Shown piece by piece: positions 36,364-44,062 of a stretch of 59,780 nucleotides of DNA (position 1 is the stretch's first letter; each line of letters starts with the position of its first letter). The stretch spans positions 1-59,780 of the forward strand of contig CAZEAT010000001.1 of the NCBI GenBank assembly GCA_964510175.1, read 5' to 3'. The position numbers were made by a program, and so were the translations under genes. Under the pieces are notes generated by a model. That model made no database searches, was not told the DNA's origin, and saw only the letters and a program-made list of their open reading frames with translations. This DNA is from an uncultured Holosporaceae bacterium. GTDB lineage: Bacteria; Pseudomonadota; Alphaproteobacteria; UBA3830.

Positions 36364-38385
36364 ATGGCAAACAAACCAATTAGTACGCTCCCGGAGGCGA
36401 CGAGTATTCCGGACGGTTCAGTAATGGCTATGGTAATGGGTGACGGAACCGGGACAAAACAGGTGACAAAAGAGCTTATGAAACAGGAGTTCGGAGGCTC
36501 TGATCCTGAAAATATGATTGCTACCACAGAAAAGGCAGGAACCGTGAAGCCTGACGGAAAAACCATTGTTGTTGAGGAGGACGGCACGATCAGGTGTGAG
36601 GGTACAGCAGAGGGAAATTCCGGAATCAAACTTGCCAACCCGTCAAATGTCAGTATCACCAATTTTGACCAGGCAGCAAAGATTACCTGGACTGATCCGG
36701 AGGATGTTGTTTATGAGGGTGCAAGACTGGCAACATGGCAAGGAACGGTCATTGTCAGGAAAGAGGGTGGGACGCCCCAGGACTGGACGGACGGCGTTCT
36801 CATTGAGAGGGTGGAGGAAAAGAACAAATACAAAGACACACCGCTCATTGACGGCAATCTGACAAACGGAGTTGAATACTGCTATGGTATTTTCCCTTAT
36901 TCAGATCAGATTGTTTATAACTACGATTTTACACAGTCTTTTGTTCCGGAAGAAATACGTCCGGAAATTCCGGTAATCGCAAGTGCAAAAGGCTCCGATG
37001 AAGCCGTTACTCTGGAGATTGAGAGTGCAACGGAGGATGCCCTGGTTAAAGTCGTGTATAAAGCCGGATCGGCTCCTACCAGTGGAACGGACGGCATTAT
37101 CATTGACGGTTTATCCGGAGGAGAGGTTGTTATTGACGGGCTTACAAACCTGACGGAATATTTCTTTGTTGCCTATGCTTATACAAACCTCAGAACATCC
37201 TCTGCATCCGAGGCAGTTTCGGTGACACCCAGGGCATATACGCTCCTGGGATTCAGGATGAAAAAATCAGAGAGCGATCCGGAAACAAAGGTAGAATATA
37301 CAGAGGGAGCCGTTGGCCTTACTCCAGCAAGTGTGAATCTCACCACAGGAGTATTTGACTACGGCTCTTTTGCAAATTTCTGGTTTGTCAAAGACAACAA
37401 GCCGGTCATGCTGAATAATGACGGTACAGAGGCGTATGAGCTTGATCCTGATGATTACACAAAGAAGAAAGACGGTACGGCTTCCGATGTGGCGAATAGC
37501 TCTTTTGCTGGTAACGCAATGAGCAGGATTCCGAAAGTATATCTGAAAATGTGGGAGGCAGACGGGTACGAGTATTGCAACATATGTGATGTGAAACTGG
37601 ATGATGATTACCACGCATACGCTCATACCAGGGCAGACGGTTCAGAAATGGACTATCTGTATCTTTCTATGTTTGAGGGCTCTCTTGTGGCAAATAAAGT
37701 CCGGTCAATCAAAGGGCTCAATCCGATGAACACCCAGACCGGTTCAAATGAGCTGACCTATGCAAAGGCAAACGGTTCCGGATGGAGTACCCGGTCATGG
37801 TCCCAGAGAAACCTTATCAATATGTTGTTGATCCTGATGGGTAAGACCACCAACACACAGGAGGCTTTCGGTTATGGATATTATACGGGAGGCACATCCA
37901 GCGCACCGAACTACCTGACAACTGGTGGGGCATCCAATAAAGGCCAGTTCTACGGAACAAACAAGACCAGGGACTATGTAAAGGTGTTCCATATTGAAAA
38001 CTGGTGGGGTGACGTATGGGAGAGAATAGAGGGATGTGTGACGAATAGCAGCGTCCGGATTCTGGTAAAGAGTACAGCTCCATACAATACCACAGGAGCC
38101 GGGTATGTAGATACTGGAGTCACTCCTGGAGGAACATCTGGAGGATATATCAGTGCTTGTAAAATGACAGCACATGGGCTGGTACCTATGACTGCATCCG
38201 GAAGCGAAACCACACAGTACCCGGACGGCTTATGGTTTGCGAAAGACTGTTATGCGCTCGTCGGCGGCTCCTCCGCCTATGCGCTTCCTGTGGGCGCTTT
38301 GGCGTTGACTGTGTCCGATGCGCTGTCGGTTTCCAACTGGCACATCGGGGCGGCCCTTTCTTGCGAACAGCCTTTAGCGGCGTAG
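36364..38385 (+). CDS. tail fibre / receptor-binding protein; DGR target gene
   Basis: 673 aa with an FN3-like segment. The C-terminal ~34 codons form the VR matching the downstream TR. Confidence 0.85.
   Translation: MANKPISTLPEATSIPDGSVMAMVMGDGTGTKQVTKELMKQEFGGSDPENMIATTEKAGTVKPDGKTIVVEEDGTIRCEGTAEGNSGIKLANPSNVSITNFDQAAKITWTDPEDVVYEGARLATWQGTVIVRKEGGTPQDWTDGVLIERVEEKNKYKDTPLIDGNLTNGVEYCYGIFPYSDQIVYNYDFTQSFVPEEIRPEIPVIASAKGSDEAVTLEIESATEDALVKVVYKAGSAPTSGTDGIIIDGLSGGEVVIDGLTNLTEYFFVAYAYTNLRTSSASEAVSVTPRAYTLLGFRMKKSESDPETKVEYTEGAVGLTPASVNLTTGVFDYGSFANFWFVKDNKPVMLNNDGTEAYELDPDDYTKKKDGTASDVANSSFAGNAMSRIPKVYLKMWEADGYEYCNICDVKLDDDYHAYAHTRADGSEMDYLYLSMFEGSLVANKVRSIKGLNPMNTQTGSNELTYAKANGSGWSTRSWSQRNLINMLLILMGKTTNTQEAFGYGYYTGGTSSAPNYLTTGGASNKGQFYGTNKTRDYVKVFHIENWWGDVWERIEGCVTNSSVRILVKSTAPYNTTGAGYVDTGVTPGGTSGGYISACKMTAHGLVPMTASGSETTQYPDGLWFAKDCYALVGGSSAYALPVGALALTVSDALSVSNWHIGAALSCEQPLAA
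38253..38355 (+). repeat. DGR variable region (VR)
   Basis: Gap-free 103-nt alignment to 38518-38620; the 13 differences are all at TR adenines. Confidence 0.9.
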
Positions 38386-38449
38386 CCGCATAGGGGGACC
38401 GGGGGACACTCCCCCGGATAACTTTCAGCAAGAAAAAGAGTAGATTTTA

Positions 38450-38484
38450 TTCAGGAATCGTGGTTGCGGTTCCTGAAATTTTTT
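38450..38484 (+). terminator. rho-independent terminator after the tail fibre gene, just upstream of TR
   Basis: TTCAGGAA (38450-38457) pairs with TTCCTGAA (38470-38477), followed by ATTTTTT. Confidence 0.65.
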
Positions 38485-38517
38485 AGGGGAAATGGTGTCT
38501 GTCCTTGCCTCGTTCCG

Positions 38518-38620
38518 TGCGCTCGTCGGCGGCAACTCCAACAATGCGCTTCATGTGGGCGCTTTGGCGTTGAATGTGAACAATGCGCTGTCGAATTCCA
38601 ACTGGAACATCGGGGCGGCC
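38518..38620 (+). repeat. DGR template region (TR)
   Basis: Non-coding copy of VR, rich in AAC/AAT codons when read in the fibre frame. Confidence 0.9.
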
Positions 38621-38777
38621 TAATTCTTATAGAATCGGAAGATTAACCAAAGACACTGTTTTCCTACACCGCAGGCGGTTGAAATACCGCTAACCAGTGG
38701 AAATGAAACCGATAAAAGGCATGGTTTAGTAAGCAGAAATGCCCAGGAACCATGAGGTAATAAGAAAGAGAGAAAAC

Positions 38778-39041
38778 ATGAGAAGTTTTCGTATCAGCCA
38801 GAATGATATGCTGTCACATGACAGTATAGAAAAATCGTTCCTGGTACCCTCCCGTGGAAAGAGGAGCAGACCGGACGTGAAAGCCGTTCTTGACAACCTG
38901 GAAAATGAAATCCGGATAGTTCAGGAAATGCTCCTGAATGGAGAATTTACGCCTACCGATCATGAGGCAGTAAAAATCAATGAAAGGAATTACCAGAAAG
39001 TCCGGAAAATTGTAAAACCGACTATAAATATGAGCAGGTGA
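38778..39041 (+). CDS. DGR reverse transcriptase, N-terminal fragment (frame-shifted relative to the core)
   Basis: ..SRGKRSRPDVKAVLDNLENEIRIVQEMLLNGEF..KVRKIVKP is the typical N-terminal region of DGR-type RTs. It stops at 39039-39041. Confidence 0.7.
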   Translation: MRSFRISQNDMLSHDSIEKSFLVPSRGKRSRPDVKAVLDNLENEIRIVQEMLLNGEFTPTDHEAVKINERNYQKVRKIVKPTINMSR

Positions 39042-40141
39042 TCCACCACGTTGTTGTCCAGGCAATACGGCCTGGAATAGAAACCGGGATGTATCAATAT
39101 GTTTTAGGTTCCATACCAGGCAGAGGCCAGCACATGGGAGCAAAGCGGATTGAGAAATGGATAAGGACAGACCCGGCAAATACAAAGTATGTTCTGAAAA
39201 TGGATATACGACATTTCTTTGAAAGCGTGGATCATGATATTTTGAAAGCCTGGCTCAAAAAGAAATTCCGGGATGCTTTTGTCCTGGATTTGCTATTCCT
39301 GATAATTGATGCCATTGATACGGGACTACCGCTCGGCTATTATACAAGCCAGTGGTTCGCTAATTTTCTTTTACAACCTTTAGACCACTACATCAAGGAA
39401 AATCTAAATGTGAAATACGATGGTAGGTACATGGATGATATAACTTGCTTTGGTCGAAACAAGAAAGAGCTGCATAGGGTCCGGGAGGCAATAAACTCCT
39501 ACCTGAATGAAGAATTGCATCTCACTATGAAAGGGAATTGGCAGATATTCCGGTTTGAGTACGAAGTGGAAGAATACGCCATAGAGTGTCAGACCATGAG
39601 GGAGCTGAAAGCTCTGGAGGACGATCTGGTAAAAGCAAGAATTAGGCATAAAATGAAAACTCACAAAAACCGCTGGAAAATATTTATTAAGGTGGCGAGT
39701 GTGAGGAGTAAAACAGATAAGCTGGAGCGGCTCCTGACAAAATACCGGGGAAAGAGTGAGATACTCACGATGGTATACGGCAGACCGCTTGATTTTATGG
39801 GCTTTGAATTTCATAGAAACAGAACGATCATGAGGAAAGGTATCATGATCCGTTTGAACAGAAAAGCGAAGCAGGTGTCTAAGCAGGAGAAAATCAATCC
39901 GAAAGATGCCGCTTCGCTTTTGTCCTCTATGGGATGGGTGAAACATACGGACACATACGGGATGTATGAGGAGCGTATCAAGCCTATTGTCAATATAAAG
40001 AAGCTGAAAAAGATTGTCAGCAAAAACCAGAAACGTAAGAACCAGGAGGAAAAGGATAAGCAAAGGAGGCAGGAAAAGGAAAATGGAAATCAGGTGGAAA
40101 ACAGTAACGGGATCACAGGAGGAACGCCCGGAAGTGATTGA
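39038..40141 (+). CDS. DGR reverse transcriptase, core (motifs 1-7, YMDD)
   Basis: VIHHVVVQAI, MDIRHFFESVDH, GLPLGYYTSQWFANF and GRYMDDITCFG motifs; very basic C-terminal tail. Confidence 0.85.
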   Translation: MIHHVVVQAIRPGIETGMYQYVLGSIPGRGQHMGAKRIEKWIRTDPANTKYVLKMDIRHFFESVDHDILKAWLKKKFRDAFVLDLLFLIIDAIDTGLPLGYYTSQWFANFLLQPLDHYIKENLNVKYDGRYMDDITCFGRNKKELHRVREAINSYLNEELHLTMKGNWQIFRFEYEVEEYAIECQTMRELKALEDDLVKARIRHKMKTHKNRWKIFIKVASVRSKTDKLERLLTKYRGKSEILTMVYGRPLDFMGFEFHRNRTIMRKGIMIRLNRKAKQVSKQEKINPKDAASLLSSMGWVKHTDTYGMYEERIKPIVNIKKLKKIVSKNQKRKNQEEKDKQRRQEKENGNQVENSNGITGGTPGSD

Positions 40142-40433
40142 CAAGACTTCCAGCGGAAAATATGTGTATCTCCGCAGGAACATTGAGAGGATCACCAAAG
40201 AGGACACCCAGGGAGAACAACCGGTACAGCTCTGGAAATATGAGGAGGCGGCAGTTCTTCAGGAGGAATATGCACAGTATGACACAGTTGTTATGGAAAT
40301 CGTCCGGGCAGAATTAAGTGATTTTGCGAGTGTTCAGGCAGAACAGACCGCAATCATGCAAGCAAACATTGAGTATGTTCAGGCAAATATGGAATATATC
40401 GCTATGATGGCAGATGTTGATCTGGAGGTGTAA
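40083..40433 (+). CDS. hypothetical acidic protein in the XkdW position
   Basis: 116 aa from ATG 40083; precedes the XkdX-like gene. Confidence 0.45.
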   Translation: MEIRWKTVTGSQEERPEVIDKTSSGKYVYLRRNIERITKEDTQGEQPVQLWKYEEAAVLQEEYAQYDTVVMEIVRAELSDFASVQAEQTAIMQANIEYVQANMEYIAMMADVDLEV

Positions 40434-40436
40434 GGG

Positions 40437-40592
40437 ATGGAACACAGTAAGAATTTTCAAAAGGTAAAAGGCTACTATGACAAGGGGCTCTGGAGCGAAC
40501 AGAAAGTAAGAAATGCAGTAACAAGTCCGGCATCTAACCCCTGGATAACCAAAGAGGAGTATGAGGAAATCACAGGTGAGGCTTATGAGTAA
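40437..40592 (+). CDS. XkdX-family small phage protein (51 aa)
   Basis: ..KVKGYYDKGLWSEQKVRNAV..WITKEEYEEITG.. is the XkdX signature. Under 60 aa, so absent from the ORF track. Confidence 0.65.
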   Translation: MEHSKNFQKVKGYYDKGLWSEQKVRNAVTSPASNPWITKEEYEEITGEAYE

Positions 40593-40773
40593 TTCAGGTG
40601 ATTCATGCAGAACCGTACTGGAGCTGCAGAATGACATAATAGAGGGGCAAAGGGACATTATCGGGGAACTTGTGAAACTGTACTGTACGGAGCCAGTCTT
40701 TGAGCTTCCGGAGGAATTGCAAGGCAGGATCAGGGAAGTAAACCGGATGTACCGGGAGCTGAACACACCATGA
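40585..40773 (+). CDS. hypothetical protein
   Basis: ATG 40585 after AGGTGAGG; 62 aa. Confidence 0.4.
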   Translation: MSNSGDSCRTVLELQNDIIEGQRDIIGELVKLYCTEPVFELPEELQGRIREVNRMYRELNTP

Positions 40774-40794
40774 CCGGAGAAAGGAGTTGAGAGT

Positions 40795-41115
40795 ATGGAT
40801 ATTACAACGATTGTAGTCGCAGCGAGCATCCCGTCCGGGATCACCGGTTTCTGTTTTTGGCTTTTAGAGCGGAGGATGGAAAAGAGGGAAAAGGAACGGG
40901 CAAAGAAAGAAGCTAATCTGGAAATGCAGGAGTTTCTTGTTGTTAAGAGCATCGGGGCGGCTATTGCCCTGGGAGAAGCTACGGCAGAGGCAGTTGCAAG
41001 AATCCCGGATGCACATTGCAACGGGGATATGCACAAGGCGCTGGAGTATGCAAGGCAAGTCAAGCATGAGCAGAAAGATTTCCTGGAAAAACAGGGTATC
41101 GAAGCTATATACTGA
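40795..41115 (+). CDS. membrane protein (N-terminal TM), possibly lysis-associated
   Basis: One N-terminal TM helix followed by a charged helix; lies upstream of the holin gene. Confidence 0.4.
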   Translation: MDITTIVVAASIPSGITGFCFWLLERRMEKREKERAKKEANLEMQEFLVVKSIGAAIALGEATAEAVARIPDAHCNGDMHKALEYARQVKHEQKDFLEKQGIEAIY

Positions 41116-41186
41116 CACGCCCCGGAATTGTACTTATTTAGGCGATTTACGCCGTTGGTGGAGATTTACCCACCTAAACACTTTCA

Positions 41187-41208
41187 AAGGCTCCACAAGC
41201 CTATAACG
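41187..41208 (+). promoter_or_regulatory. copy 3 of the AAGGCT-N5/6-AG(C/G)CTATAACG motif
   Basis: AAGGCTCCACAAGCCTATAACG, ending 40 nt upstream of the holin ATG. Confidence 0.4.
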
Positions 41209-41248
41209 GCTTTTGAGGCATACAAAAAATTAAGGAGGACTATGTAAC

Positions 41249-41488
41249 ATGATGAAAGGAATTAACTGGACAAGGAAACTGACAAGCAGGAAGTTTTGGA
41301 CGGCGGTAGCATCGTTCACTTCTATGATGATCCTGGCTACTGGAGGTACGGACAGCACCGCTACCCAGGTAACGGCTTTGATTATGGCCGGAGCTTCTGT
41401 CGTGGCTTACATCATCGGAGAGGGGCTGACGGATTCCGCAAACGTGGAAACGGAAACAACCGTGGAAATCGAGGAGAAAGCAGAGTAA
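41249..41488 (+). CDS. holin
   Basis: 79 aa with two hydrophobic segments. N-terminal INWTRKLTSRKFWTAV resembles LL-H/phi-LC3-type holins. Sits upstream of the endolysin gene. Confidence 0.65.
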   Translation: MMKGINWTRKLTSRKFWTAVASFTSMMILATGGTDSTATQVTALIMAGASVVAYIIGEGLTDSANVETETTVEIEEKAE

Positions 41489-41508
41489 TTTCATAAGATC
41501 AGGAGAGG

Positions 41509-41537
41509 AGCCCAGGTGTAAAAGCCTGGGCTTTTTC
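41509..41537 (+). terminator. terminator-like hairpin between holin and endolysin
   Basis: AGCCCAGG (41509-41516) pairs with CCTGGGCT (41525-41532), followed by TTTTT. Confidence 0.6.
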
Positions 41538-41559
41538 TGTATCTGGAAAGGAGCAGAGA

Positions 41560-43125
41560 ATGAACGAACAGAAAATATTTGACTTTTTCACCAGTAAAGG
41601 TTTTACTCCTGCCGGCATTTATGGGATGTTGGGTAATATCAAAGACGAGAGCGGCGGCAATCCCCGGAACCTCCAGAACAGTTATGAGAAAAAGCTGGGG
41701 TACACGGATGATTCCTACACGGAGTCCGTTGATTCCGGAGCTTATACCAATTTTGTCCATGATGCCGCAGGTTACGGCCTGGCACAGTGGACGTATTCTA
41801 CCAGGAAAGAAAATCTTCTGAAATACGCCCGGTACAAAGGGGAATCAATCGGGAGTTTTGATATGCAGCTTGCTTTCATGTATCAGGAATTACAGGGCTA
41901 CAAGGCTTTGTTTGCAATCCTGAAAACCACAAACTCTATCCGGGAGGCATCCGACGCCTTTATGACGCAGTACGAGAAACCGGCAGACCAGAGCGAGAAC
42001 GCAAAGAAGCGCCGGGCATCCTACGGCGAAGAGATATGCGCAATGCTCACCGGCGTAGAAAATGATTCAGTGGTATACATTACCGAAGCAGAGATACGGC
42101 AGAAAATAATTTCCGTTGCCGTTGGCTGGTACGGACGGAAAGAGGCTGACGGTTCCCACAAGTTTATCATTGACTTATATAACAGTCATACTCCGCTTGC
42201 CAGAGGCTACAAGGTCAAGTATACGGATGCCTGGTGCGCAACCTTTGGTTCTGCAGCAGCTATCGCCGCAGGACTTACAGATATTATTCCTACGGAGTGT
42301 GGATGCGGACAGATGATAGCCGCTTTCCAGGCTATGAATCGTTGGGTGGAGAATGATGCTTACATCCCGTCTCCGGGAGACTATATTTTCTATGATTGGG
42401 ATGATACCGGAGCTGGTGACTGCACAGGCTGGCCGGAGCATGTGGGAATTGTTATTTCTGTATTCGATAATGTGATTAAGGTTATCGAGGGCAATAAGGA
42501 TGATGCAGTCGGGTATCGTGAAATCAAAGTAAATGGCCGTTACATCCGGGGCTATGGTGTTCCTGATTATGCGGCAAAAGCCGGAACGGAACCGCATAAA
42601 ACCGGATCAAATGGCGGCAAAACTGAATCAGAACCGGTAAAAACCGGAACATCCGGAAGCCTCTGCATGGCTCCACAGTGGGTAGGAAAAATCACCGGTG
42701 ATGATCTGAACGTCCGGAAGTGGGCTGGTACCGAGTATGACAATATAAAGAGCTGGCCGAAACTTTCAAAGGGGAACCTGGTGGACGTATGCGACAGCGT
42801 AAAGGCAAAGGACGGCTCCACCTGGTATTACATCCGGATAGATGGTCGCATTTATGGCTTTGTTCATGCGGACTACGTTACCAGATCAGACAATGGTACG
42901 GCTACCGGTGGTAGAAATATTTCCATAGGTGAGGAGGTAAATTTCACAGGTAGCACTCATTATACCAGTTCAGGAGGAAATGCAAACGGGAAGCGGTGTA
43001 AATCCGGACGTGCAAAAGTGACCGCAGTAAACATGAGCGGTGTACATCAATATCACATTGTAGCAGTTCCGGGAGGCGGTTCTACTGTTTATGGATGGGT
43101 GGATGCTTCCGACATTTCCTCATAA
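41560..43125 (+). CDS. endolysin: lysozyme-like N-domain + CHAP + SH3-like repeats
   Basis: N-terminal GMLGNIKDESGGNP..GYGLAQWT (phage tail-lysozyme-like). CHAP segment (DAWCATFGS..WPEHVGIV). C-terminal repeated ..W..I..G..YG(F/W)V modules. Confidence 0.8.
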   Translation: MNEQKIFDFFTSKGFTPAGIYGMLGNIKDESGGNPRNLQNSYEKKLGYTDDSYTESVDSGAYTNFVHDAAGYGLAQWTYSTRKENLLKYARYKGESIGSFDMQLAFMYQELQGYKALFAILKTTNSIREASDAFMTQYEKPADQSENAKKRRASYGEEICAMLTGVENDSVVYITEAEIRQKIISVAVGWYGRKEADGSHKFIIDLYNSHTPLARGYKVKYTDAWCATFGSAAAIAAGLTDIIPTECGCGQMIAAFQAMNRWVENDAYIPSPGDYIFYDWDDTGAGDCTGWPEHVGIVISVFDNVIKVIEGNKDDAVGYREIKVNGRYIRGYGVPDYAAKAGTEPHKTGSNGGKTESEPVKTGTSGSLCMAPQWVGKITGDDLNVRKWAGTEYDNIKSWPKLSKGNLVDVCDSVKAKDGSTWYYIRIDGRIYGFVHADYVTRSDNGTATGGRNISIGEEVNFTGSTHYTSSGGNANGKRCKSGRAKVTAVNMSGVHQYHIVAVPGGGSTVYGWVDASDISS

Positions 43126-43148
43126 GTTGTAGAGGGAGGAATGGAATC

Positions 43149-43265
43149 ATGTGTTTTTTAAAACCACTTGTAACGATTGCTATTTCGGTTGCAGTAATTC
43201 TTATTTCATCTGCTGTATTAGGAACGGCATTATTTTGTTGTTCGCTCAATGAAATGCTGGACTAG
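43149..43265 (+). CDS. 38-aa hydrophobic peptide (MCFLKPLVTIAISVAVILISSAVLGTALFCCSLNEMLD)
   Basis: GGGAGGA SD 8 nt upstream of the ATG; single TM-like helix; directly after the endolysin gene. Confidence 0.35.
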   Translation: MCFLKPLVTIAISVAVILISSAVLGTALFCCSLNEMLD

Positions 43266-43701
43266 GCATGTATGAGAGTAGTATCAACTGAAACGTAAAA
43301 ACAAGTCATTTTTGACCTTATGCGGTCATGGCAAAGCAAGGAAAGATATATCACAGAACTAAGAGTTGTTTGTCGGGTGCTGGTTTTATAGCATATGTTA
43401 TAACATTTGCTATAACATCCAGACCGGCAGACCTCTTTCTATTCTCTATATTCTCAAAATTCGTTGAACAAAGTTTTCAAAAAGAGCAATATCAAAAATG
43501 TACAAATCGGCTGGCTTCCATTTGGGTAAAATTTCAAATCGGTGCGAAAATGATTGTCTTGATATAATTATCCACCGTGGCAAAAAACGCAAATACGGGC
43601 ATTTTAGGCACTGTCTCGCAGGTTGCCGATTTTGCAAAATCCGGATTTCGCTTCTGTACTGTCAACATGCACAATTCCCAGGTTTCAAAATGTAATCAAT
43701 G

Positions 43702-43991
43702 CACAACGTACTAAATAACGTTACAAATAACGTTATCATTTTGTTATTTTCATAAAATAGCAGAAAAAAATACTCCAGGAGCAAGCCTGTTTCCCCTGGT
43801 TAGATATTTCCGGACGCCTACTTATTTTAAATGATGGCTTAAATGAGTTTCTTCCTTATTATATAACGGTAAAAATAACGTTACCCGTAACGTGACCTAC
43901 ACCGTTACAATAAACAAAACAAAATAGATATTTTTTATATATATAATATATTCTCTGAATTTCCCAGGTGACGTTATTTCTGCCGTTACCT
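43702..43991. repeat. three arrays (3+4+2 copies) of the TAACGTTA-type palindromic 8-mer in 12-bp register, with an AT-rich block
   Basis: Perfect copies start at 43716, 43728 and 43876. Degenerate copies start at 43704, 43864, 43888, 43901, 43969 and 43981. The AT-rich stretch is 43909-43953. Confidence 0.8.
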
Positions 43992-44032
43992 TTTCCCATT
44001 GAAAAAATTTTTTAAGAAAAGCAAAAATAGGC

Positions 44033-44062
44033 TTGACGTAACGCACTGTAGTGCGCTAAAGT
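44033..44062 (+). promoter_or_regulatory. promoter P4 of accessory operon 1
   Basis: TTGACG (44033-44038), 18 nt, TAAAGT (44057-44062). Part of the ~98-nt cassette duplicated at 50827-50925. Confidence 0.55.

Noticed and set aside
38464-38646. 60-aa ORF between the fibre gene and the RT as a possible avd or accessory gene
   Set aside because: It is the TR itself read in an open frame (the same sequence as the VR). It has no SD and begins inside the terminator hairpin.
38814-39185. 123-aa minus-strand ORF overlapping the RT 5' region as an avd candidate
   Set aside because: It is antisense to conserved RT coding sequence, hydrophobic and low-complexity, without an SD. It is not a basic helical protein.
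38739-40141. RT as a retron, group II intron or abortive-infection/defence RT
   Set aside because: The adjacent 103-nt TR/VR pair with adenine-only differences identifies it as a DGR. I saw no intron RNA domains or maturase/endonuclease extension, and no msr/msd-like inverted repeats.
43328-43695. Three overlapping 63-79-aa ORFs in the AT-rich gap (43328-43567 +, 43446-43637 -, 43498-43695 +)
   Set aside because: They are mutually exclusive, lack SD sequences, and have atypical composition and no recognisable motifs. The region may be a decayed gene, but no ORF can be supported.
43702-43991. CRISPR array
   Set aside because: The repeat unit is only 8-12 bp in direct 12-bp register, without spacers of 25-40 bp. 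There are no cas genes.
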